From an uncultured archaeon (lineage in GTDB: Archaea > Halobacteriota > Archaeoglobi > Archaeoglobales > Archaeoglobaceae), in assembly GCA_964596255.1 (NCBI GenBank), contig CAZQTT010000001.1, forward strand, positions 20,327 through 84,326: a DNA stretch of 64,000 nucleotides, read 5' to 3'. A program made the position numbers and the translations under genes. The notes beneath the pieces were generated by a model. The model was given only the letters and a program-made list of their open reading frames with translations, searched no databases and was not told where the DNA came from. The first letter of the stretch is position 1, and every line of letters begins with the position of its first letter. This document shows positions 37,021 through 45,937 of the stretch, in pieces.

Positions 37021-37776
37021 ATGACAGATGAAATAACTGTTACCAGGGCAATCACCCAAAAATATCACCAGAAATTCCTGGATTCTGTCGAATGTGACGT
37101 TGCTGTTGTTGGTGGTGGTCCTTCTGGACTGGTAGCCGCCTCCATTTTGGGCAAGGAGGGATTCAAGGTAACCCTATTCGAGAAAAAACTCTCCCTGGGC
37201 GGGGGGATCTGGGGAGGAGGAATGATGTTCAATCAGGTGGTGGTCCAGGAAGAGGCCACGGAAGTTCTGGACGAGTTCAACATAAATTATGAGAACTATG
37301 AAGGAAAATATTACACTCTGGATGCCGTGGAGATGGCGGGGGCTCTAATTTACCACGCGTCGAGGAGCTCCCGGGTGTTCAACTTAATAACCGTTGAGGA
37401 TGTCATGATCAAAAATGAGAAGATGGCCGGGCTGGTCCTGAACTGGAGTGCCGTAGAAATGGCCGAGCTCCACATTGATCCTCTGACCGTCTCCAGTAAG
37501 GCTGTAATTGATGCTACTGGCCATGATGCTTCAGTGTGCAACATTGTCGCAAAGAAAACGGAAAAATTCGATCTGTGGGGCGAAGGATATATGGATGCCG
37601 AGTCAGCTGATAAAGGGGTTGTGGAGAAGACCTCTGAAGTATTCCCCGGACTCTATGTTACCGGAATGTCTGTAGCCGCTTTTTACGGTCTTCCCAGGAT
37701 GGGGCCTATCTTTGGTGGAATGCTGTTGAGCGGTAAGAGAGTAGCTGAGCTGATAGTAAAGAATTTGAGAAGCTAA
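37021..37776 (+). CDS. thi4: Thiazole synthase Thi4 (archaeal type)
   Basis: DVAVVGGGPSGL, GGGMMFNQVVVQEEA and IDATGHDASV motifs. 251 aa. Confidence 0.9.
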   Translation: MTDEITVTRAITQKYHQKFLDSVECDVAVVGGGPSGLVAASILGKEGFKVTLFEKKLSLGGGIWGGGMMFNQVVVQEEATEVLDEFNINYENYEGKYYTLDAVEMAGALIYHASRSSRVFNLITVEDVMIKNEKMAGLVLNWSAVEMAELHIDPLTVSSKAVIDATGHDASVCNIVAKKTEKFDLWGEGYMDAESADKGVVEKTSEVFPGLYVTGMSVAAFYGLPRMGPIFGGMLLSGKRVAELIVKNLRS

Positions 37777-38633
37777 TGAGTTCCGTGAGAGGAGAAGCTT
37801 ACGCGACAGCGGCAGGAACTGTTGTAAATGGGCTTGCCACTGGAATAGGCTGCGCATTCGGACTTGACCTCGAGACTAAAGTGGAGGTTTCAATCGAAGA
37901 AGATCTGAAGAGTTGTATTCTTCTTATTGATGGTAAGGAAGTCTCTGATAGAATTGTTGACAGAGTAATGCGCTCCTTTGGCTTCAAAGGAGTTGTTAAA
38001 GTTGAGAGCTCTATTCCCCGGGGATGTGGTCTGGGGAGCAGCAGCGCATTTATGAACGCCATGCTGACCTCCATATTGAAGCTAAAGGAGGAAGTGCTGG
38101 ACGCAAATTATATTCTCACCACTAACGCCAGAACAGCCATGGAGATGGGAATAAGTTATACAGGAGCCATTGACGATGCCGGAGCATCCCTTTTGGGTGG
38201 GGTGGTTCTATCCAACAATGAGCACATGAGATTCTATCACCGGGACATCCTGGAGGTTGAAAACGCTCTAATTCTACTTCCTAAATGGGAGCGAGGGAAG
38301 GTCTCCATGGAGGAATTACGGAAAGAGCCCCAAGAGGTGGAGCAGGCAGCAAATTATGCTTTTAACTATGATTACAGGTCCGCCATGCTGTCCAACTCCC
38401 GGTATTACTGCAGGAAGCTGTGCTACTCTTTTGAGCCCGTGGAAAAAGCTGAAGAATTGGGTCTGCACGGTGGTCTCTCAGGAAATGGTCCTGCTTACGC
38501 AGCATTTGGTGAGTATGATAAGATCAGGGAATTGAAGGGATTATGGGAGAAATACGGTCAAGTAATTGAGACAGAACTGGTTAATGAACCCTGTGACGAT
38601 ATTAAAAATATAGACAATCTTTTTAGCTCTTGA
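37776..38633 (+). CDS. aroK: Archaeal GHMP-family shikimate kinase
   Basis: GHMP motif IPRGCGLGSSSAFMNAM. 285 aa. N-terminal GEAYATAAGTVVNG. Its start overlaps the thi4 stop. Confidence 0.75.
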   Translation: MSSVRGEAYATAAGTVVNGLATGIGCAFGLDLETKVEVSIEEDLKSCILLIDGKEVSDRIVDRVMRSFGFKGVVKVESSIPRGCGLGSSSAFMNAMLTSILKLKEEVLDANYILTTNARTAMEMGISYTGAIDDAGASLLGGVVLSNNEHMRFYHRDILEVENALILLPKWERGKVSMEELRKEPQEVEQAANYAFNYDYRSAMLSNSRYYCRKLCYSFEPVEKAEELGLHGGLSGNGPAYAAFGEYDKIRELKGLWEKYGQVIETELVNEPCDDIKNIDNLFSS

Positions 38634-38647
38634 TCACCTATCAAAGG

Positions 38648-39820
38648 TTAGAGGTTGCGCACGAAGTCTTCTATTCTATGTGCAGCTTCTTTGAGCTTTT
38701 CCATGTCAACAGCGTAGGCACACCTGATGTGGCCCTCTCCACACTCTCCAAATGCGTTACCAGGGACGACGGCCACGTTCTTTTCCATAAGCAGTCTTTC
38801 AGTGAACTCCTCACTCCCCAATCCTGTGGATTCTATGCTGGGGAAGGCGTAAAAAGCTCCTTCCGGCAGTTTGACATCAAGGACTCCTTCAAGTCTCTTG
38901 ACGAAATAATTCCTTCTTCTGATGTACTTGTTCCTCATCTCTTCCAGCTCTTCTTCAGTATTTTTGAGAGCTTCCAGAGCCCCCAGCTGGGCGGAGATAG
39001 GTGCACACAGCATGGAATACTGATGGATCTTTAGCATGGCATCCAGAAGGTCGGGGGGAGCAATGGCAAAACCCAATCGCAGACCGGTCATGGCGAACGC
39101 TTTGGAGAATCCGTTGAGCACTATGGTCCTGTCTTCCATACCGTTGAGAGAGGCGATAGAGACATGTTTATTGTTGTAGGATAGCTCTCCATATATTTCA
39201 TCCGATATGACCACCATGTCATTCTCTATTATTGCATCAGAAATGTCTTCTAATTCCTTTTTGGTATAACTTACTCCTGTGGGATTCCCCGGGTAATTGA
39301 GCACTATGGCCTTGGGCTTCATGTTCTTGTAATGGGAAATCCTCTCGTAGTTCAGCTTGAAGTCGGGGTTGGTGGGAACTGTAATCGCTTCTCCGCCTGC
39401 GAGTACTGTAAGAGGTCTATAAGAAACGTAGCAAGGCTCCGGAACCAGCACAGCATCTCCTGGGTCGACTATTGCCCTTAAAGCGATATCGAACCCCTCA
39501 CTTACCCCTGTGGTAATCATTACATCGTTGATGGAGGGGCTCAGCCCGAACTTCTGATAGTATTCAGCTAAGGCCTGCCTGAGCTCGGTCAGCCCGTAAT
39601 TTGAAGTGTATGAGGTAATACCTTTCTCCAGAGAATAGATCATCTCTTCTCTGATCCTCCAGGGGACGGCGAAATCCGGTTCTCCAACGCCCAGGCTGAT
39701 TATGTCCTTTCTTCCAATGACCAGGTCAAAGAATTTGCGGATACCTGACGGCTTGATGTCCTGGACCTTTTTATTTACCTTCTCACGGGGCAATGGCCAA
39801 CCTCCGGTCCTCTTCATCAT
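38648..39820 (-). CDS. Class I/II pyridoxal-phosphate aminotransferase (aspartate aminotransferase-like)
   Basis: SGIRKFFDL, NYPGNPTG and NGFSKAFAMTGLRLGF (PLP lysine). 390 aa. Confidence 0.85.
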   Translation of the reverse strand: MMKRTGGWPLPREKVNKKVQDIKPSGIRKFFDLVIGRKDIISLGVGEPDFAVPWRIREEMIYSLEKGITSYTSNYGLTELRQALAEYYQKFGLSPSINDVMITTGVSEGFDIALRAIVDPGDAVLVPEPCYVSYRPLTVLAGGEAITVPTNPDFKLNYERISHYKNMKPKAIVLNYPGNPTGVSYTKKELEDISDAIIENDMVVISDEIYGELSYNNKHVSIASLNGMEDRTIVLNGFSKAFAMTGLRLGFAIAPPDLLDAMLKIHQYSMLCAPISAQLGALEALKNTEEELEEMRNKYIRRRNYFVKRLEGVLDVKLPEGAFYAFPSIESTGLGSEEFTERLLMEKNVAVVPGNAFGECGEGHIRCAYAVDMEKLKEAAHRIEDFVRNL

Positions 39821-40274
39821 CGAACAACAATACGCCTTCTTCCTTATAGCTCCTGAGCAGGAAGTGGGTTACGGTATCCTGAACCTCAGGGATAGTGGAT
39901 ATCTTTTCCGCTACAAAGAAGGAGACCTCCTTAAGTGTCTTCCCGGAGACAACCACCTGAAAATCGTACTGCCCGCTGACCAGCCTGACCGCATGGACAC
40001 CGGGGAACTTGGCTACTCTCTTGGCGATCTCGTCATAACCTTTTTCTCTTGACAGAGTGACGTTAACATCGATGATGGCGAAAACCCGGTCCTCTCCGGT
40101 CTTTTCCCAGTTAATGAGAGTTTTGTACTTCAGAATAGTTCCGTTTTCCTCCTCCCTCTTAATTGTCTCTTTGATCTCTTCCACGGAGTAACCGGTCATT
40201 TGAGCGATTTCATCATATGTGAGCTTTGCGTTATCTGATATGATTTCTAATATTTGATGTGTCTTCTCATCCAT
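39783..40274 (-). CDS. Lrp/AsnC-family transcriptional regulator
   Basis: MDEKTHQILEIISDNAKLTYDEIAQMTGYS is the HTH. A RAM/ACT-like domain follows. The start at 40274 (MDEK) is preferred over the 40364 extension. It overlaps the aminotransferase start by 38 nt. Confidence 0.85.
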   Translation of the reverse strand: MDEKTHQILEIISDNAKLTYDEIAQMTGYSVEEIKETIKREEENGTILKYKTLINWEKTGEDRVFAIIDVNVTLSREKGYDEIAKRVAKFPGVHAVRLVSGQYDFQVVVSGKTLKEVSFFVAEKISTIPEVQDTVTHFLLRSYKEEGVLLFDDEEDRRLAIAP

Positions 40275-40421
40275 AAAATCCACCGATAGAGAAAACATAT
40301 TCGTGTTATTTAAATTATGTTGTCCAAACCTCCAAGATGACCTAAAAGTTACAATACAAATCAAAAGTTAATCAAAAGTTACCAATGCAAAATATTAAGT
40401 TTCCACCGTAGAGGTGACCTC

Positions 40422-41492
40422 ATGGGCAGGAAAGAGATTTTGAAAACTATAGATAATTATGGAAACGAAATCAAGATAGCCACTTTGGGCAGTCATTCTG
40501 CTCTCAACATTTTGAGGGGTGCAAAGGATGAAGGGTTCGAGACTGTGTGTATCTGCAGGGAGAAAGAAAGGATAATTTATGATTCCTTCCAAGTGGCTGA
40601 CGAAATAATCCCCATAAACGATTTTCCCGACCTCCTGGACGATAACCTCCAGAGGAGGCTCATAGATGATAACGTTATTCTCATTCCTCACGGCTCTTTC
40701 AACACCTATCTGGGAAGCATCGAGAAGCTAAAGATACCCGTTTTCGGCAATCGAGAGCTGATGTACTGGGAGACGGTCAGAGACATGCAGAGAAAATGGC
40801 TTAAAGATGCAGGTGTGAAGTTGCCTGATACCTACGAGAAGCCAGAAGATATTGATGGGCTGGTGATAGTCAAGTATCCCGGAGCCAGAGGCGGCAGAGG
40901 CTATTTCCTGGCGGCAAGCGAGGATGATTTCTACCGGAAGTCCCGGCAAATGGTGGAGCAGGGAATGATCACCGAGAGCGAGGTCGAGGAAGCACATATC
41001 CAGAAGTACATCACTGGAGCCAATGTCTACTTCGCCTTCTTCTACTCTCCCATAAAGAATAGAGTAGAGCTGATAGCGGTCGACCGCAGATACGAGTCAA
41101 CTGTGGATGGACTGGGTAAGATCCCTGCCAGCGAACAGCTTAAGGCAGAGCCCTTACTGAGCTACACTGTGGTAGGCAATTTCCCCGTTGTTTTGAGGGA
41201 GAGCCTCTTGGTCCAGGCCCTTAACGCCGCCCACAACGTGGTGGAGGAGTCCAAGAACATCGCAGAACCGGGGATGGTGGGTCCCTTCTGTTTAGAGGCT
41301 GTCTTTAACGAGAATGCAGAGATGACCGTGTTCGAGATATCTGCAAGAATTGTGGCAGGGACCAACGTTGGTGTGCCCACTTTTCCCTACTCCTACATAC
41401 TCTTCGGAGAGAACATGTACATGGGGCGCAGGATTGCCAGAGAGGTAAAGCTTGCCATAGACGAGGGGAAATTGAAAGAGATTATCTATTAA
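40422..41492 (+). CDS. purP: FAICAR synthetase PurP (ATP-grasp)
   Basis: IATLGSHSALNILRGAKDEGFETV is the typical PurP N-terminus. 356 aa. Confidence 0.9.
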   Translation: MGRKEILKTIDNYGNEIKIATLGSHSALNILRGAKDEGFETVCICREKERIIYDSFQVADEIIPINDFPDLLDDNLQRRLIDDNVILIPHGSFNTYLGSIEKLKIPVFGNRELMYWETVRDMQRKWLKDAGVKLPDTYEKPEDIDGLVIVKYPGARGGRGYFLAASEDDFYRKSRQMVEQGMITESEVEEAHIQKYITGANVYFAFFYSPIKNRVELIAVDRRYESTVDGLGKIPASEQLKAEPLLSYTVVGNFPVVLRESLLVQALNAAHNVVEESKNIAEPGMVGPFCLEAVFNENAEMTVFEISARIVAGTNVGVPTFPYSYILFGENMYMGRRIAREVKLAIDEGKLKEIIY

Positions 41493-41694
41493 GCTTATAA
41501 AAAAGGAGAACCATTCATATGTTCCTTATGTTATCATTGATAGAACAAGTTACAGCGCTGCCCTACTATGGCAGAGGCCTGCCATGACGCTGCCATTATG
41601 TTGATTATGGATTATGAATTAAAGTGAACAAGAAAAGATTGAAGGTTATAGTCTTGGACGAAACTTTTTTAACTTCTGAGAACATATTATTCGT

Positions 41695-42180
41695 ATGCCC
41701 CGAAAACCTGAGAAGGAACCGGTTAAGTGGTTAACAGTTGAGGAGTTAAATAAAGAGATTCAGAATAAGAAGGTGTGTGCTGAGATACTGAGAAGACTTG
41801 TTTTCGTAAAACAGCTCTATAAGGGGTGGAGTGTTCCTCAGGCAGCTGAGGAAGTGGGTGTTAGCAAGGTGATTGGTTATGAATGGCTTGAGAGGTGGAA
41901 TAAAAAGGGTTTAGATGGTTTGGAGCCCAACTACGGTGGTGGTAGGCCTCCTGACCTCTCTCTGGATGAGAAGGAGGAGCTTAAAGAGATCTTGAGTGAG
42001 AGGGATGATTGGAGCACTAAGGGTGTTAAGCACCTCATTAAAGAGGAGTTCGGAGTTGATTACTCTGAGAGGCATGTGAACAGATTGCTGAAGGAGTTTG
42101 GGTTGAAGCATGCCAAGCCCTATCAAAACGACTACAGGAAACCTGAGAACGCCGACGAAGACCTTAAAAAAACTTCATGA
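41695..42180 (+). CDS. IS630 transposase, N-terminal HTH part (orfA)
   Basis: Winged-helix/HTH segments (GWSVPQAAEEVGVSKVIGYEWLERW). It ends just after the A7 run at 42166-42172. Confidence 0.85.
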   Translation: MPRKPEKEPVKWLTVEELNKEIQNKKVCAEILRRLVFVKQLYKGWSVPQAAEEVGVSKVIGYEWLERWNKKGLDGLEPNYGGGRPPDLSLDEKEELKEILSERDDWSTKGVKHLIKEEFGVDYSERHVNRLLKEFGLKHAKPYQNDYRKPENADEDLKKTS

Positions 42181-42727
42181 GGGACTGAAAGAAGTCTTAC
42201 AGGAGAGTCCGCATTGCATAATTGGTTTCATGGATCAGACCTCACCTCAGCTCACAGCGAACACTCAGAGACTGTGGTCCTTCACCAAACCCAAAGTAAA
42301 GAAGAACACCACCAAGATCAAGGCTAACGCATTCGGCTTCTACACCATAAACGGAGAAAACGTGCTCGACTTCAAGGAGAACTCCAAGAAAGAGTGTGTC
42401 TGCGAATTCCTGGAGAAGATAAGGCTAAAGAATCCAAGTAAACCCATCATACTCATCCTAGATAATTTCAAGTCACACTGGGCCAAAGCCACCAGAGAGA
42501 AAGCCCAAGAACTGAACATCCACCTAGTGTTCCTACCACCATACTCCCCAGACCTGAACCCCATAGAATACATCTGGAAAAGCATAAAAAAAGAAATCTC
42601 ACCCAAACTCATCAAAACCCTGAATGAACTAAAAGACATTATCTCAAAGAACTTCTACAAATTCAGCCAGAAAATCAGCTTCGCCAGAAGATGGATCGAA
42701 AAAATCCTAGTTAGTTTAGTTAACTAA
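42110..42727 (+). CDS. IS630 transposase, DDE catalytic part (orfB, +1 frame)
   Basis: IGFMDQT, ILILDNFKSH and PPYSPDLNPIEYIWKSIKKE form a DDE triad of the Tc1/IS630 type. Confidence 0.85.
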   Translation: MPSPIKTTTGNLRTPTKTLKKLHEGLKEVLQESPHCIIGFMDQTSPQLTANTQRLWSFTKPKVKKNTTKIKANAFGFYTINGENVLDFKENSKKECVCEFLEKIRLKNPSKPIILILDNFKSHWAKATREKAQELNIHLVFLPPYSPDLNPIEYIWKSIKKEISPKLIKTLNELKDIISKNFYKFSQKISFARRWIEKILVSLVN

Positions 42728-42774
42728 GTTATGTCCGATACTATAAAATCAAATTAGATAGCCTATAAAATTAT

Positions 42775-43077
42775 TTATTCGCTCGCAAGTAGTTTTCCGT
42801 GCTTTTCTAGCCACTCAACCAATTCGTTTACTGCCTCTGTTTTATAGGAAAATCTTAATTCAATTTTTGCGCTATTCATAACACCTTCTCCTCCTTCATA
42901 GCTGGCAAGCACTTCTACTTGACCTCCTTTCCACTTAAAGACTCCAAATCTTCCGGCCCACCTAATCTTATGCTTACTGAGGATCTCCTTGAAACCGGCC
43001 TTATTATCCTGGTATACTTGACCATCCAAAACATAAACAACCTTCACACTATCCCTCCGGCAACTCCCATCACACAA
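42775..43077 (-). CDS. Hypothetical protein (100 aa)
   Basis: ORF only. No motif recognised. Confidence 0.35.
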   Translation of the reverse strand: MCDGSCRRDSVKVVYVLDGQVYQDNKAGFKEILSKHKIRWAGRFGVFKWKGGQVEVLASYEGGEGVMNSAKIELRFSYKTEAVNELVEWLEKHGKLLASE

Positions 43078-43324
43078 CCTTAACGGATAACATCATCCTG
43101 AATAGTGATGCTGACCAGATAAAATTAATCCCGAATATACATTATTATATTCTGGTTGCGAAGAAATAAAACACTTAACTCACTATCTTGGATAACAGAA
43201 CTTCGTTACTTAATTTAGTACCGTATTAAAGTTTCATATTGTTTTAAGTACATAAAATCTTATTCTTTTTAGGATCAAGGCGAAAGGAGGAATCATATGT
43301 TTATTCGGGTTTGGGTGGTTGAAA

Positions 43325-43909
43325 ATGAGGATTGAGATATTAGTTTTGGCTGTTTGTATTTTGTTCCTGGGTCTAACTTCAGTTATGGCAAATCCAACGC
43401 TGGACTGGTCTATTGAAACCATCGATTCTGATAGAAACGTAGGTGGGTTTACTTCAATTGCTCTGGATTCTTCTGGCTATCCTCACATAAGCTATCATAA
43501 CTGGAGTGATGGGTTGAAATATGCTAAGTAGAACGGTACCGGATGGGACATACAGACTGTCGACTCTGATGGAAATGTAGGTTTTACTTCAATTGCTCTG
43601 GAATCCTCCGGTGCTCCTCACATAAGCTATCATAACTATACTAATGGGGGTTTAGGATATGCTAAGTGGACAGGAGCTACATGGGACATACAGACTGTCG
43701 ACTCTGATGGAAATGTAGGTTTTACTTCAATTGCTCTGGATTCTTCTGGCTATCCTCACATAAGCTATCATAACGGTACTACTGGGAGTTTGAAATACGC
43801 AACATTAGCTTCTGCTCCTACTGAAGTACCGAACCTTACGCCAGTAGGACTAATAGCCCTGACGGGCTCACTTGGATTAGTTACTGTGATTATGCTAAGA
43901 AGACGTTAA
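43325..43909 (+). pseudogene. Secreted repeat protein with a VPxxxP-type C-terminal sorting signal, interrupted by an in-frame TAG
   Basis: Signal peptide MRIEILVLAVCILFLGLTSVMA. Three ~46-aa repeats (W.I.T.DSD.NVGFTSIALDSSGYPHISYHN). TAG at 43529-43531 sits where the next repeat has Trp (TGG). The C-terminus is VPNLTP, a TM helix and RRR. Confidence 0.7.
43544..43785. repeat. 138-bp-period tandem repeat inside the secreted repeat gene
   Basis: TGGGACATACAGACTGTCGACTCTGATGGAAATGTAGGTTTTACTTCAATTGCTCTGGA occurs identically at 43544 and 43682. Confidence 0.85.
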
Positions 43910-43992
43910 ATTATTTTTCTTTTTTTAATTTTATTATAATATGCTTATCAATCAATTCACAGTTAACAATCAAATACAAACAAATAAAGAGA

Positions 43993-44723
43993 TCAATAAC
44001 TTATTTGGAGTGTTTCCTTTGTCTCTCTGGAGGAGACGTTCACTTCTTTTAACAGCACTTTACCCTCCTCTATTTCCATGATATTGAATGAAGGGTATGA
44101 GTTCCCCTTCAACTCAAGGTGGTAGCTGTTCCGGCAGTGACGAGGTAAGTGTCTTCCAGCCTCCATATCCACGGTTTGTGCTTGTGACCGGAGAGGACGA
44201 AATCGATGTCCAGGTGCTTGCAGAGCTCCAGCACATCAACGGCATCGGTAGGGATATGCTACTCTCTTCCCGTTCCCGGAATGGGTATCAGGTGGTGGTG
44301 CAGCGTCAGTATCCTGAGCTTATCCTTGCTGTCAGCAGATTAACTTCTCTCTGATATAGGGTTAGTTCTCTCTCCCCACGTGCCCGTCATCTATATCGGC
44401 TCACTGGAATCGATGCCACAGATAGGCCACCATATCGTCTTCATAGGAAGGAAAGCAGGTGCAGAAGATCTCTTCGAATAGCTTATACCCTTCATTCCTG
44501 GTGTCGTGGTTCCCGGCAGAACTATTCGGTTATCAACCTCCAGCTTCTCAAAAAAGTCCTTTACAACCTCGTATTCATGCATGTAGCCATCGTGAGTGAG
44601 GTCGCCTGTGACCAGCAGAACATCAGGACCAAGCGAGCTAACTGCTGAGATCAGCTTCCCGCCCCATTCCGATTTATAACAGACGCTGGTCAAGTGTATA
44701 TCGGAGACGTGAACAACCCTCAT
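43993..44723 (-). pseudogene. Calcineurin-like metallophosphoesterase, multiply frameshifted
   Basis: Motifs are scattered over three frames: MRVVHVSDIHL, LLVTGDLTHDG, (PG)NHDTRNEGY, GIDSSEP, ILTLHHHLIPIPGTGRE and VLSGHKHKPW. At least four frame changes or stops occur in about 730 nt. Confidence 0.7.
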
Positions 44724-44842
44724 CAAATCTCCACCCCTCACCACTCAATTTTTCTGATCTTAGGTATTATACTTTTCTTTGCTTAGGCTTCCCGATAACA
44801 ATTCCGGGAAAGTTTAATAATTATAATCAATATTCAAAATTG

Positions 44843-45883
44843 ATGCAATCATTACTAACAAACATATTGATACTCTTTCTGGGGTTCATCGCTCTCATCA
44901 AGGGTTCAGACCTGTTCGTCAGGTCGGCATCCTCTATTGCCAAGAAGATGGGGGTTTCGGAGTTTGTCATTGGATTAACTCTGGTGGCCGTGGGAACATC
45001 AATTCCAGAACTGTTTTCCTCTGTCATGGCTTCTGTCAAGCAGCAGAGCGATATAGTTATTGGAAATGTTATGGGCTCCAACATTGCCAACATAGGTCTG
45101 ATCATTGGGGTTGCAGCTGCCATTTCTGTCATTAAGACCAGGGAAGAGATGTTGAAAAGGGACGGCTACATCATGCTGTTTGCAGCTGTGCTAGTCTATG
45201 TGTTCCTCATCAACGGGTTGCTCTCTCCATATGAGGCTTTATTGTTCTTGCTGCTCTATTTTGCTTATATAGCCTTTTTGTTTAGAGAAATGCATGGCTA
45301 TGAAGGTGAATACGGATTCAAGCAGTTCATCACCTACTTCTTCAAGCTGGGATACGTGAAAGAGGCCATAAAGACGGTTTCCAATAGAGCAGGTAACTCC
45401 AGTTCAAAAAGTAATGGAGTCGAAACAGAGAAATTGGGGAGGGATTTCATGGTGCTGGCTGCCAGTGGGGTGGCCATTGTGGCGGGAGCGAATTACCTCA
45501 TTGATGGGGCCATATTCTTTGCAGAAGCCGCCAACATCTCCAAGACGCTTATAGGTCTCACCCTGGTAGCAGTGGGGACTTCACTCCCCGAATTGAGCGT
45601 GTCCTTTACAGCAGCCAGAAAAGGGTTTGGGGATATCGCCGTGGCCAACATTATTGGCTCTAATATCGCCAACATCTTCCTTATACTGGGAGTTTCAGGA
45701 CTTATCTTCCCCATTTATGCTCAGAAGGCAACTTTAGATTATATAGCTCCGTTCGTGATATTTATGTCCGTCCTGCTGCTGGCGTTCATCAGAAGTCACT
45801 GGGAATTGAGGCGAATAGAGGGTGTAGCCTTCCTCATCCTGTACATGGGGTTTATGGCGTTCTTATTCACCTTTCAAGCATGA
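44843..45883 (+). CDS. Ca2+/cation antiporter (CaCA/NCX-YrbG family)
   Basis: Two alpha-repeats (GLTLVAVGTSIPEL..GNVMGSNIANIGL and GLTLVAVGTSLPEL..ANIIGSNIANIFL). About 10 TM helices. Confidence 0.9.
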   Translation: MQSLLTNILILFLGFIALIKGSDLFVRSASSIAKKMGVSEFVIGLTLVAVGTSIPELFSSVMASVKQQSDIVIGNVMGSNIANIGLIIGVAAAISVIKTREEMLKRDGYIMLFAAVLVYVFLINGLLSPYEALLFLLLYFAYIAFLFREMHGYEGEYGFKQFITYFFKLGYVKEAIKTVSNRAGNSSSKSNGVETEKLGRDFMVLAASGVAIVAGANYLIDGAIFFAEAANISKTLIGLTLVAVGTSLPELSVSFTAARKGFGDIAVANIIGSNIANIFLILGVSGLIFPIYAQKATLDYIAPFVIFMSVLLLAFIRSHWELRRIEGVAFLILYMGFMAFLFTFQA

Positions 45884-45937
45884 TTGAGAACTAATTCTTG
45901 TTAATAATATTTTTAAAGTATAAATCAAGTTGAGAAT

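Larger units (their letters stand above)
41647..42745 (+). mobile_element. IS630-family insertion sequence (about 1.1 kb)
   Basis: Imperfect terminal inverted repeats, TATAGTCTTGGACGAAAC (41647-41664) and the reverse complement of GTTATGTCCGATACTATA (42728-42745), match at 14 of 18 positions. Both ends are at TA. The transposase is split into two ORFs. Confidence 0.8.

Noticed and set aside
38630-39034. 134-aa ORF overlapping the end of the shikimate kinase gene and antisense to the aminotransferase gene
   Set aside because: The aminotransferase frame is strongly supported. This is a shadow ORF.
43529-43531. In-frame TAG read as pyrrolysine
   Set aside because: The paralogous repeat has TGG (Trp) at the same position, so a single G-to-A nonsense mutation is more parsimonious. 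TAG is also used as an ordinary stop here, for example by sepF at 36394-36396. I have kept it as a possibility to test, not as a claim.
44088-44354. 88-aa plus-strand ORF
   Set aside because: It lies opposite the HHHLIPIPGTGRE / SGHKHKPW segment of the decayed phosphoesterase, so it is a shadow of that pseudogene.
12105-44723. Attributing all the frameshifted genes to sequencing error
   Set aside because: Some individual shifts sit at short homopolymers. However, the CDF and phosphoesterase genes each carry four or more lesions including stop codons, while much longer neighbours are intact. Real decay is more likely. Read-level checks are still advised.
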